From the NCBI GenBank assembly GCA_045567915.1, contig JBJLCA010000036.1:3410-67409 (forward strand): DNA of 64,000 nucleotides, written 5' to 3'. Shown here in pieces: positions 16,288 through 25,049 of the stretch. The stretch comes from Candidatus Poseidoniales archaeon. GTDB lineage: Archaea; Thermoplasmatota; Poseidoniia; MGIII; CG-Epi1. The notes beneath the pieces were generated by a model. That model was not told where the DNA came from and ran no database searches. It saw only the letters and a program-made list of their open reading frames with translations. The translations under genes and the position numbers were made by a program. Position 1 is the first letter of the stretch; every line of letters begins with the position of its first letter.

Positions 16288-18580
16288 AAGTAAGGCAATA
16301 GGAATAGGAATATTATTAAGTATTATTTTTGCAGTAACTGCAGTTCCAACTGGAGAAACGAACCCAGGCGGAATTGATCCAAGTATAAGCACATTAGTTG
16401 AAGCAAATGGCTGCAGTTGTCACAACATAGGTGACGGAGATATGAATAATCCAAACTCGGCAGTTATTCTAAATTTAACAATGCCTTCTAATTTTACCGC
16501 AGGTGAAACTTACACTTTAATATTAAATATTTCAGGTGGACCTAATGATATTGCGCCCATGATAGAAGGTCCAAATATGGGTGGATTTATGCTAAAAGCA
16601 TCATCTGGAGTTTTAACTCCTATTGATGATAATGTTTGGAAACCTGCAGATGCAAGTTATCTAACACATACAGAAGATGGAAACAACTTGAGAGAATGGA
16701 GCTTTAACTGGACAGCTCCTGACAGTGATTCGATAGTTACTAGCTTCATGGTTTACGGCAATTCTGTTAATGGAAATGCTAAAGATCCTTCTGATAACGC
16801 AGGAAACTCTGGAGATTACTGGAACTCAGTTACATTTGCATTGGCAGGTAAAAATGCCCAGATTGCAGAAAGCGGGGCTCATGGTGAACTATCTGGCCCT
16901 AAGAAAGTGGTTTATGGATTTGGTATAGTATTCATCACTTTAGCAGTTGTAGTTGTTGGATACCGAATGGTCGATCAAGACGAATCATTTGAAGAAGTAA
17001 TGAAGAGCTACTGGAAATGGATTTACCCTTGGCTTACAACTACAGACCACAAATATATTGGAACCCTTTACATCGTAACCGGTTTTGCTTGGTTCTTCAT
17101 TGGAGGAATTCTGGGTCTACTAATTAGATGGCAATTATATGAGCCTCGAGTTGACGGGGATTTCTTAACTTATCAGGAATATAATTCTACATTTACAATG
17201 CATGGAACGACTATGATTTTCATGGCAGCCATGCCTATTATTTTTGGATTTGCAAATTACTTGATTCCTCTTCAAATTGGTGCAAGAGATTTAGCATTCC
17301 CGAGACTAAATTCATTCGGTTATTGGCTACTTCCTACAGGTGGTATCGTATTGTACATGGGATACTTCACTGGAGGTGCTGGTGACGTAGGTTGGACTGG
17401 ATATGCACCATATTCTTCAGGTGCTTCTGCCACAAGGCCAGGTACTGATTTCTGGGTTGCAGGACAATTAATGTTGGGAGCATCTTCGACACTAACTGCT
17501 GTTAATTTCCTAGTAACAATGCTGAGAATGCGCGCTCCAGGAGTCACTCTAATGAAAATGCCACTATTTGCTTGGTCTATCCTTGTAACTGTATTCTTAC
17601 TTCTGTTATCTATTCCTGTATTCACTGTTGCTTTAATTTTACTAATGGCAGATCGTACTTTTGGAAGCTTATACTTCTCAGGTCCAGATTCTGATCCGAT
17701 TTTGTGGCAGCACTTATTCTGGTACTTTGGACATCCGGAAGTTTACATTGTTATTTTGCCTGCTTTTGGCGTTCTATCTGAAATAATATCTACATTTTCA
17801 AGAAGACCAATTTTTGGATACACTTCTATGGTTTATGCAATGGCTACAATAGGAATAATTTCATTCGTAGTTTACGGTCACCATATGTTTACTACAGGTG
17901 CTGACCCGTTATTCCGTTTCATTGTAATGCTAACAACAATGTTAGTTGCCGTACCTACAGGAATTAAAATTTTCAATTGGCTTGCTACTATGACTGGTGG
18001 ATCTGTAGTTCTAAATACGCCAATGATGTTCTCATTAGGTACTATTATTACTTTCACTATCGGAGGAATTACTGGAATTATTTTAGCTTCGATTCCATTA
18101 GATATCGCTTTCCACGACACTTATTTCGTTGTGGCTCACTTCCACTATGTGTTGATTGGAGGAACTATGTTTTCTTTCATAGCTGGAGTTTACTATTGGT
18201 ATCCTAAAATGACTGGAAAAATGATGAATGAAAGATTAGGAATTATACATTTTGCGACTACTTTCATCACTTTTAACGCTGCATTTTATCCAATGCACAA
18301 CGTAGGAATCTCTGGTATGCCAAGAAGATATGCCACATATGATGCTTCACTAACTGAATTAAATCAATTCATTAGTATTTTCGCAATGCTATTCGGTTTA
18401 GCACAACTAATTTTTGTTTACAACGTATTTTACTCTTATAGAAATGGTAAAGAAGCTGGAGATAATCCGTGGAATGGATGGTCTTTAGAATGGGCTACCT
18501 CATCTCCACCTCCAGAGAACAGTTTCATTGAAATTCCTACATTACTCGATGCCGAAGAGGAGGCTGAAAAGAGTGAGTGA
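16262..18580 (+). CDS. coxA: Heme-copper oxidase subunit I with an extra ~255-aa N-terminal extension (TM + ~185-aa ectodomain + TM)
   Basis: Core begins at 'WLTTTDHKYIGTLY'. 'GHPEVYIVILPAFG', 'HHMFTTG', 'VAHFHYVLIGG'. The start may be the ATG at 16280 (MLRSKAIG...), overlapping the coxB stop by 8 nt. The extension is described in findings. Confidence 0.9.
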   Translation: MSLRLIMLRSKAIGIGILLSIIFAVTAVPTGETNPGGIDPSISTLVEANGCSCHNIGDGDMNNPNSAVILNLTMPSNFTAGETYTLILNISGGPNDIAPMIEGPNMGGFMLKASSGVLTPIDDNVWKPADASYLTHTEDGNNLREWSFNWTAPDSDSIVTSFMVYGNSVNGNAKDPSDNAGNSGDYWNSVTFALAGKNAQIAESGAHGELSGPKKVVYGFGIVFITLAVVVVGYRMVDQDESFEEVMKSYWKWIYPWLTTTDHKYIGTLYIVTGFAWFFIGGILGLLIRWQLYEPRVDGDFLTYQEYNSTFTMHGTTMIFMAAMPIIFGFANYLIPLQIGARDLAFPRLNSFGYWLLPTGGIVLYMGYFTGGAGDVGWTGYAPYSSGASATRPGTDFWVAGQLMLGASSTLTAVNFLVTMLRMRAPGVTLMKMPLFAWSILVTVFLLLLSIPVFTVALILLMADRTFGSLYFSGPDSDPILWQHLFWYFGHPEVYIVILPAFGVLSEIISTFSRRPIFGYTSMVYAMATIGIISFVVYGHHMFTTGADPLFRFIVMLTTMLVAVPTGIKIFNWLATMTGGSVVLNTPMMFSLGTIITFTIGGITGIILASIPLDIAFHDTYFVVAHFHYVLIGGTMFSFIAGVYYWYPKMTGKMMNERLGIIHFATTFITFNAAFYPMHNVGISGMPRRYATYDASLTELNQFISIFAMLFGLAQLIFVYNVFYSYRNGKEAGDNPWNGWSLEWATSSPPPENSFIEIPTLLDAEEEAEKSE

Positions 18581-19517
18581 TGGACACGATGAGCACCATG
18601 CCCACATAGAAACTCCTGCGCCTTTCCTATTCTGCGTTGCCACTGCAATCATGTTTATTGGTTTAGTCATGGCTACTGCCGGTGGTGAAGATAAAACTGG
18701 AGATACCGGTTACTGGTTTGTATTCATCATAGGACTTATTGGAATTTTTACTGCATTTTTCATGTGGGTTCAAGACTATTGGAATCTAGAAGGTGAGGAA
18801 GATGCCCACATAGAAACTTATCATAAATTCTGGGATACCATTTCAACACGGAAATTTGGAATGTGGATTTTCCTGTTGACTGAAGTCATGGTTTTCAGTA
18901 CATTACTAAGTGCATATTTGAGATATAGGGCATCTATGCCAGACTATTCTCCAGACATTGATTGTGGATTATACTTTGAAGATTGCTGGGTACCTGCTGC
19001 TGATGTTATCAGAAGTCACTTGATTTTTGGAGTGATTAATACGTTTGCACTTCTTCTAAGCAGTTTAACTGTCGTTTTGGCATTATACGCTGCTAAAAAC
19101 AACAACCCAAGGGCAGTTACTAGATATCTGACTGTTACTTTTGTCCTAGGGGCTATGTTCTTAGCTCTAAAATTATGGGAATGGAATGAAATGAGACATT
19201 ATAATTTCTGGGATGAGTCTCATAACGGATGTGATGTTTTAGCTGGACAAAGTATCGCTGATCATTGTATTGCTCCAAAATACGCAAATGGTTTTTGGCT
19301 TGATACTAGTATTGAAGGCAGTACTTTTTACATTACTACAGGAATGCACGGTGCCCACGTCTTTATTGGGCTAATTGCATTAGGATATTTGATTGCAAAA
19401 TCTAACAAAGATGGATACAATGAAGAAAACCACGAAACTATTGAACTATTCGGATTATATTGGCACTACGTTGATTTGGTTTGGGTCTTTGTATTCCCAT
19501 TTTTCTATTTATATTGA
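18573..19517 (+). CDS. coxC: Heme-copper oxidase subunit III
   Basis: 'GMHGAHVFIGL' and 'GLYWHYVDLVWVFVFPFFYLY'. Probable GTG start at 18573 (VSDGHDEHH...), overlapping the coxA stop by 8 nt. The listed ORF starts at 18528. Confidence 0.85.
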   Translation: MSDGHDEHHAHIETPAPFLFCVATAIMFIGLVMATAGGEDKTGDTGYWFVFIIGLIGIFTAFFMWVQDYWNLEGEEDAHIETYHKFWDTISTRKFGMWIFLLTEVMVFSTLLSAYLRYRASMPDYSPDIDCGLYFEDCWVPAADVIRSHLIFGVINTFALLLSSLTVVLALYAAKNNNPRAVTRYLTVTFVLGAMFLALKLWEWNEMRHYNFWDESHNGCDVLAGQSIADHCIAPKYANGFWLDTSIEGSTFYITTGMHGAHVFIGLIALGYLIAKSNKDGYNEENHETIELFGLYWHYVDLVWVFVFPFFYLY

Positions 19518-19526
19518 GGTAAAAAA

Positions 19527-19910
19527 ATGAGTGAAGAAACTAAAACTGAAAAAAGCCATGATGAACACCATGACCATTCTTTCCCAAATTGGGTAACTTT
19601 TGGACATACTGATGACCCTGTAGATGGATTCATCAAAATATTTGCGTGGTTAGTTTTTTGGACAATTTTAGAAGTATTGGCGATAGTTCAAGAATTTGAC
19701 TCTTTTGCATTAAATATGCTAATCCTATTCGGTATAGCACTTATCAAATGCTGGTACATTTGCTCATTCTTTATGCACATGACATGGGATCCTCCATTAG
19801 TTTACCAGACCGCTTCTGTACCTTTGTTTTTCTTAGCTGTTTTATTCTTAGCTGTAGGACTAACTACTCCTGGTGCCGTAGATGATTTAGCTACTATTTG
19901 TGGATTCTAA
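19527..19910 (+). CDS. Small oxidase subunit IV-like membrane protein
   Basis: 127 aa, three hydrophobic helices. 'ALIKCWYICSFFMHM' resembles the prokaryotic COX4 family motif. Last gene of the cox operon. Confidence 0.6.
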   Translation: MSEETKTEKSHDEHHDHSFPNWVTFGHTDDPVDGFIKIFAWLVFWTILEVLAIVQEFDSFALNMLILFGIALIKCWYICSFFMHMTWDPPLVYQTASVPLFFLAVLFLAVGLTTPGAVDDLATICGF

Positions 19911-20353
19911 AGCTGAGTATAGACAAATAACCCAAACATAGTTAAGATATAGTAAGGAACCAAAACTGCAGCTCCTTCATAGTCTTTTGATATTCTCTGA
20001 CCTAACATTAGAATAGCTAAAGATGAAGCTGCTAAAATTAAGCCCATTATCCCATAAGAATATTCATTGTAAAATAAGGCCATAATTGAACCAAATATAG
20101 ATAACAACCCTGATAATATTTCAAATATCGTTACTTGTATTAAACCAAATGTCGAAAAATTAGCTAGAGGTGTCTTAGCAAACTTCCCAGTAATGAAATC
20201 TAACTCACCTTCCCAATTGAATATTTTATCAAAACCAGATTGTGCCATAACAATACCAAGAAAAGCAGAAATGCTGGCACCAATTATGCTAATATAGCTA
20301 AATTCAAAATCAAAAAATACTAAATTATCTTCACCAAATCCTAGTAATGTCAT
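19907..20353 (-). CDS. Small polytopic membrane protein (possibly DoxX-like)
   Basis: 148 aa, 4 predicted TM helices. No diagnostic motif. 4-nt convergent stop overlap with the cox operon. Confidence 0.4.
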   Translation of the reverse strand: MTLLGFGEDNLVFFDFEFSYISIIGASISAFLGIVMAQSGFDKIFNWEGELDFITGKFAKTPLANFSTFGLIQVTIFEILSGLLSIFGSIMALFYNEYSYGIMGLILAASSLAILMLGQRISKDYEGAAVLVPYYILTMFGLFVYTQL

Positions 20354-20392
20354 ATTGGATAATATGAACGCGGCTATATGGCCTTAACTTAT

Positions 20393-21868
20393 CTACAGCA
20401 TAAGAAGTTGAACATCGTGATAAACTGAGGCGTAAGTCCATTCTATTCCTCTCCAAACTACCCTAACATTACCTTCAGCATCTATAATGTATAGTTTATT
20501 TGAATGACTAACTCCATAATTTTTCACTTCATTTACAGTTTCAATACCACTTTCATAACCTAATAAGTCCGAAACAATCGATAGCATCTCTGAGTCTGAA
20601 ATATGATCTTGATTCCAGTGGCCGAAATAATCTATAATCTGAACAAGTTGTTCTGAAACATTAATTGGAGATGAACGATTATCTATTCTGTATACTAAAT
20701 CATCATATGATTCTCCACCTATAAATGTGTCAATTACTTGAGGAGGACCAGAGGACAAATTACCTTCTAACAGTACCCAGCTAGGATATCTTGCTTCGAA
20801 GCCAAAAGCTGCCATCATCGTTCCTTCTTCATCATGTAAATAAGGCCAAGAAACATTATGCTCAGACGCAAAGTTTTCTATGGTAGACATATTATCTATA
20901 TTCCCACCCAAAGAATAACCTCCAACTGAAATTATATCTACTTGATTTGAAAAGTTTGAATGAAACTCCTTGAGCGCAGGAATTTGTGAATTGCAGGTCG
21001 GACATCCTGTATGGAAAAATTCGATCAAAGTTAAATTATTATCATAATAATCTCTAGATTTATAGGTGGTATCATTTACTCCTGGTAACGTCCAGCTTGA
21101 AGGAAATTGTTGTGAAATAAAAGCCTCTACTGCCCGAAGTGCAAAATCTTCGCTTATAACTCCTCCAGCCTGATTAAATTCTTCTAATGCTAGAATAATG
21201 TCATATTCTATATCGCCTTGTTCAAAAGAAAAATTTAGATTACTATAATTAGGATCGGTAATACATACGTCTTTACCAAAATAGGTGTCATTTGAATCTT
21301 GCACAAATCCAGGATTACAATGGCATCCATCGTATCCTTCCATATAGTGTCCGTTACCAGAACAAGCTTCCTCATCTATATCGACATACACTCTATAATC
21401 TGCCCAAACTGAAACCATCTCGCCAAATGAATCATTTGATACTGAAGTTAAAAATTTCCAATCTGCATTATTATTTTCTGAAAATGAAGCTAAGCGCTCT
21501 GGAGTATCTCTGACTGGATCTACAGTTATTGAAATAAATTCTACCGATTCTCCATAGTCTTCCCCTAATTCCTCTGATAATTTTCTCAATTGATAAGTTA
21601 ATGCAGGACATATATCTGGACAACTAGTATACAAAAATGAAACTACTACTATCTTACCCTCGTACATCGTTAAGTTAACTTCATTTCCATTTTGGTCTAC
21701 TAATGAAAAATCTGGGGCTTCGCCTGAAGGGCAAATTTCTTCTGAAACATCTTCACAATCCTCTCCCCAAAATTTGCCTGAATTGCTAGAGTTTGTTAAC
21801 GCGTCAAGGCAACCTGTTGTAAGTAAAAACAAGCAAAGTGCGAATACGAAAGGAACTCTTGGATTCAT
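20393..21868 (-). CDS. Sco1/SenC-type copper chaperone lipoprotein with an inserted Cys-rich segment and TlpA-like thioredoxin domain
   Basis: Lipobox 'LLTTGC'. Sco 'VVVSFLYTSCPDICP...FISITVDPVRDTPERL' and distal 'VSHSNKLYIIDAEGNVRVV' at the extreme C-terminus. In between lie 'ACSGNGHYMEGYDGCHCNPGF' and a Trx fold, 'LTLIEFFHTGCPTCNSQIPAL'. Confidence 0.8.
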   Translation of the reverse strand: MNPRVPFVFALCLFLLTTGCLDALTNSSNSGKFWGEDCEDVSEEICPSGEAPDFSLVDQNGNEVNLTMYEGKIVVVSFLYTSCPDICPALTYQLRKLSEELGEDYGESVEFISITVDPVRDTPERLASFSENNNADWKFLTSVSNDSFGEMVSVWADYRVYVDIDEEACSGNGHYMEGYDGCHCNPGFVQDSNDTYFGKDVCITDPNYSNLNFSFEQGDIEYDIILALEEFNQAGGVISEDFALRAVEAFISQQFPSSWTLPGVNDTTYKSRDYYDNNLTLIEFFHTGCPTCNSQIPALKEFHSNFSNQVDIISVGGYSLGGNIDNMSTIENFASEHNVSWPYLHDEEGTMMAAFGFEARYPSWVLLEGNLSSGPPQVIDTFIGGESYDDLVYRIDNRSSPINVSEQLVQIIDYFGHWNQDHISDSEMLSIVSDLLGYESGIETVNEVKNYGVSHSNKLYIIDAEGNVRVVWRGIEWTYASVYHDVQLLML

Positions 21869-21906
21869 TATTATTACGTCATGCTGAAACTTATATAAAA
21901 TTTACA

Positions 21907-22506
21907 CTAAATATATTTTTCAATTTGTGCTGATAATTGACTTTCTGATAATATGCCTGAGTGGCTGTAAACAATTTCTCCATTTTTGATAAAAGCTAAG
22001 GAAGGATACGATGAAAAACCATAATCTCGCATCAAATCTCCAGAGGGGTCATATAAATGAGGAAATTGCATATTATATTCTATTTTAAAGTTGGCAATAC
22101 TTGAAGCTGAATCTTGACCACTTCCCAACTTGTAGCCACCTATTGCAAACATATCTACTTGTGACGAATAATTTGCATGGACATCGTTCAAAATTGGTGC
22201 TTGAGTTTGGCAAGCTCCACATTTAGAGTTGAAAAATTCAACAATTGTTAAACGATTATTGTAATAGTCTTTAGAAGAATAAATTTCACCTGACTGAGGA
22301 TCTTCAAGCTCCCACTCTTCTGCACGAGGATCGCCCATTTCATAGAAAAAAGCAAAATATACTCCTAATCCTACCACTAAAATAACTGCCAAAGGAAGAC
22401 CGTAGGTCCACAAGGCATTATTTGCTGAAGCTCTTCTAGCTTGCATTTTTTCTTCAAAATCTCTAGATGATTTTTGTGCTAATTTACGTTTTCTTTTGGA
22501 TGCCAT
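21907..22506 (-). CDS. Membrane-anchored TlpA/ResA-like thiol:disulfide oxidoreductase
   Basis: Basic N-terminus, one TM, then 'LTIVEFFNSKCGACQTQAPIL'. Clear paralogue of the domain inserted in the neighbouring Sco protein. Confidence 0.8.
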   Translation of the reverse strand: MASKRKRKLAQKSSRDFEEKMQARRASANNALWTYGLPLAVILVVGLGVYFAFFYEMGDPRAEEWELEDPQSGEIYSSKDYYNNRLTIVEFFNSKCGACQTQAPILNDVHANYSSQVDMFAIGGYKLGSGQDSASSIANFKIEYNMQFPHLYDPSGDLMRDYGFSSYPSLAFIKNGEIVYSHSGILSESQLSAQIEKYI

Positions 22507-22984
22507 TGTTGCTAATTAACTCCTTTATTTCACTACCATATTCAGTTATGCAGAAAAAAGTTGCTGCGATTGTCAAAACAAAAGCTACTACGCAAAAAGG
22601 ACACCATTCATGAATTATGAATGCCTCTGCATAAGTTAGATATGAACCGAAAATAACGCCAATGACGCCAGTAATTGGTAAAAGAATTTTGTTGTAGTAT
22701 GTACGCTCTAAATCCATATTCAAATATCGGTCTAAGGACAACACTATTAACATTAGAAATCCGACAACTCCCAGCCAAGCAACTGGAATGCCAATTAACT
22801 TTGCCTGATCACTAGCCAGAACTAGACCACAATCGAGACCTGGAAGATTCTCTGTCGGACAACCTGCACCCTGAGAAATTAAATGATGTAAATAAGACAA
22901 ATATATCGCATCGATAAGGCCAATTAAAGAAATAAAAATTATAATTTTTAATGATCTATCTTCAGATTCCATACTCATTACCAA
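22484..22984 (-). CDS. Vitamin K epoxide reductase (VKOR) family protein
   Basis: Loop cysteines 'GAGCPTENLPGLDCGLV' and membrane CxxC 'EWCPFCVV'. 4 TM helices. 23-nt overlap with the downstream TlpA-like gene. Confidence 0.8.
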   Translation of the reverse strand: MVMSMESEDRSLKIIIFISLIGLIDAIYLSYLHHLISQGAGCPTENLPGLDCGLVLASDQAKLIGIPVAWLGVVGFLMLIVLSLDRYLNMDLERTYYNKILLPITGVIGVIFGSYLTYAEAFIIHEWCPFCVVAFVLTIAATFFCITEYGSEIKELISNNGIQKKT

Positions 22985-23088
22985 TCATTATCATAACATA
23001 TAAATAAGTAACATTTAAAATATTTGAATTCAACCAAAATAAACAAAGACATTTATTAGAGGCTTCATATGAGTACTAGTGATATATT

Positions 23089-24024
23089 ATGCATGGACCA
23101 TCTGAAGGAATAAGTGAAGAAACTGACGAAGCAAATTCTGCTGTGAAAATTGTTGGTGGAAACGTTTTTGTAGAATTAGATCCCGATCACCCCGGATTCA
23201 AAGATGAAGGTTACAGATCAAGAAGAAATGAAATTGCAAAAATTGCTCTTGAATGGAATGAAATGTCTATGGAGGAACGAAGGGCGAAAAAAATCCCACA
23301 TGCACCCTATTCTGAAGATGAAGATGCTGTTTGGGCTGCCATTATGGAAAGAATTACTCCTGTACATGAAAAATATGCATGTAAGCAATACCGTGAAAAC
23401 GCAAGAAAATTGGGCTTGCCAAACGATAGAATACCTCAATTACAAGAAGTTAGTGAAACATTAGAAGAAATGACTGGTTTTAGACAAGAACCTGTTGGAG
23501 GTTTAGTGCATCCAAAAACATTTCACACTGCTCTTGCAAACCGGGTTTTCCTTTCAACACAATATATTAGACATTCGTCAAGACCATTTTACACTCCAGA
23601 ACCTGATGTAGTACATGAACTTGTTGGACATACTGCAATGCTAGGCGTTCCTGAGTGGGCCGAACTAAATGTGCTCTTTGGAGAAGCTGATATGAGAACT
23701 GAAAGTGAAGCTGCAATTATTCGCCTAGGGTCTGTTTATTGGTATGTACTTGAATTTGGAGCTTGCCGAGAAGATGGAAATGTAAAATCTGTAGGGCCTG
23801 GTTTGTTATCTTCATTTGGAGAAATGGAACATGCATGTGCATCTGGCGAAGTTGAGTATCGAAAACCTAATTTTGAAGAAATGGAAACGCTCCCATACGA
23901 TGTTACAAAATATCAACCAATCTTATACATTTGGGATTCTTTTGAAGAAATGTATGAAAAAACTAAAGAGTTTGTAACTAATTGGGGAACTGACAAAGAC
24001 CCAAGAAAAGATTTACACAAATAA
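23089..24024 (+). CDS. phhA: Phenylalanine-4-hydroxylase (pterin-dependent aromatic amino acid hydroxylase)
   Basis: 'PEPDVVHELVGHTAMLG' (Fe-binding His pair), 'YWYVLEFG', 'GLLSSFGE'. Confidence 0.85.
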   Translation: MHGPSEGISEETDEANSAVKIVGGNVFVELDPDHPGFKDEGYRSRRNEIAKIALEWNEMSMEERRAKKIPHAPYSEDEDAVWAAIMERITPVHEKYACKQYRENARKLGLPNDRIPQLQEVSETLEEMTGFRQEPVGGLVHPKTFHTALANRVFLSTQYIRHSSRPFYTPEPDVVHELVGHTAMLGVPEWAELNVLFGEADMRTESEAAIIRLGSVYWYVLEFGACREDGNVKSVGPGLLSSFGEMEHACASGEVEYRKPNFEEMETLPYDVTKYQPILYIWDSFEEMYEKTKEFVTNWGTDKDPRKDLHK

Positions 24025-24025
24025 A

Positions 24026-24391
24026 TTAATCTTCTTTGTAAGCATATTCTTTTAACTTTTCTAAAGAAACCATATCTAAAGCTGATTCATGTGTAGCTTC
24101 GAGAATTACATAAGGTGCCATATCTGAATCACATGCTTCTACCCATCTTGATAAGCAAAGACACCACCTGTCACCTTCTTTTAGTCCTGAAAAACCTGGA
24201 ACTGGAGTACTAAGATCATTACCAGCACCTTTGGAAAAAGCTAAGAAAGTCTCAGTCATTACTACACAGATAACATGCCTTCCAAAATCACTATTGTCGG
24301 TATTACAACAGCCATCTCTGAACCAACCAGTCATAGGGTCTGTAGAGCAAGATTGCAGCTTACCTCCTAAGACATTTATTGATTCTTCCAT
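24026..24391 (-). CDS. DUF2237-family protein
   Basis: 'NVLGGKLQSCSTDPMTGWFRDGCCNT...HVICVVMTETFLAFSKGAGNDLSTP...GDRWCLCLSRW', as remembered for DUF2237. Start placed at the Met at 24391, which abuts the stop of the upstream ORF. The listed start is 24424. Confidence 0.6.
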   Translation of the reverse strand: MEESINVLGGKLQSCSTDPMTGWFRDGCCNTDNSDFGRHVICVVMTETFLAFSKGAGNDLSTPVPGFSGLKEGDRWCLCLSRWVEACDSDMAPYVILEATHESALDMVSLEKLKEYAYKED

Positions 24392-24392
24392 A

Positions 24393-24611
24393 TTACTTAT
24401 CTCTATATTCTCTAAGATTATCAATTATTGTAAATGCAAGTGCAGCTCTTTCATTTCGAGTGAAATCAGATTCTAGAGTTTCCATTATCGATTTTATTTT
24501 AATTGAAGATTCAGGATCTTCTTCTGCAAGTTTTTTTGCATGCTCCATTTGAGCTTCATTAATACAATAAACTGAATCTCCTCCAAGGATTGATACTGGG
24601 CTAAGAACCAT
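24393..24611 (-). CDS. Hypothetical 72-aa protein
   Basis: Exactly fills the space between the iscA-like stop (24614) and the DUF2237 start (24391). Helical, acidic. No recognisable family. Confidence 0.45.
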   Translation of the reverse strand: MVLSPVSILGGDSVYCINEAQMEHAKKLAEEDPESSIKIKSIMETLESDFTRNERAALAFTIIDNLREYRDK

Positions 24612-24613
24612 GA

Positions 24614-24973
24614 TTAAACTGTAAAACTCACATCGACATTTGGAGCTGGATCTCCTGTGCTAAAACTCGAACCACAGCCGCATGAACCTTTCGCATTTGA
24701 GTTTGTTAATCTAAAGCCAGGTTCTATTAGATCGTTTGAAAAATCTATTGAAAGACCATCTAGAAATACTGAACTTACTTTATCTGAAACTACGCGAAGT
24801 TTGTCATCAGTGTAGTATATTTCATCAACATCTGCCATATTATCATCTAACACTGCGTCGTAAGTATTTCCTGAGCATCCACCGGACTTAACTCCGATTC
24901 TCAAGAAAGTACCTTCCGAGACTCCCATCTCATAAAGTTTCGCCTTTGCAGCCTCTGTTACCTTAATGTCCAT
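24614..24973 (-). CDS. HesB/IscA/ErpA-family iron-sulfur cluster insertion protein
   Basis: 'LRIGVKSGGCSGNTYD' and C-terminal 'GSCGCGSSF' (three-Cys signature). Confidence 0.85.
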   Translation of the reverse strand: MDIKVTEAAKAKLYEMGVSEGTFLRIGVKSGGCSGNTYDAVLDDNMADVDEIYYTDDKLRVVSDKVSSVFLDGLSIDFSNDLIEPGFRLTNSNAKGSCGCGSSFSTGDPAPNVDVSFTV

Positions 24974-25049
24974 AACATTCTTAATTTCAAGGAGATTTAA
25001 TAGTTACTGTATACTAAAATCGTATAAACTGCCCAAATATAGACCCAAT

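Noticed and set aside
16409-16426. 'GCSCHN' in the CoxA extension as a possible heme c attachment site
   Set aside because: The spacing is C-x-C-H, not the canonical C-x-x-C-H, and no cytochrome c maturation genes are visible here. It is kept only as part of the Reeler-like pattern.
13620-18648. Antisense ORFs inside ctaA and coxA (13620..13940, 13982..14182, 17320..17625, 17878..18120, 18436..18648) and the alternative-frame 17977..18207
   Set aside because: All overlap genes with unambiguous heme-copper oxidase or heme A synthase signatures and have no features of their own.
24966-25049. Upstream 28 codons of the listed cyclophilin ORF (MSITFLISRRFNSYCILKSY...)
   Set aside because: They would overlap the divergent iscA-like start and leave no promoter space. 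The GTG at 25050 gives a proper signal peptide.
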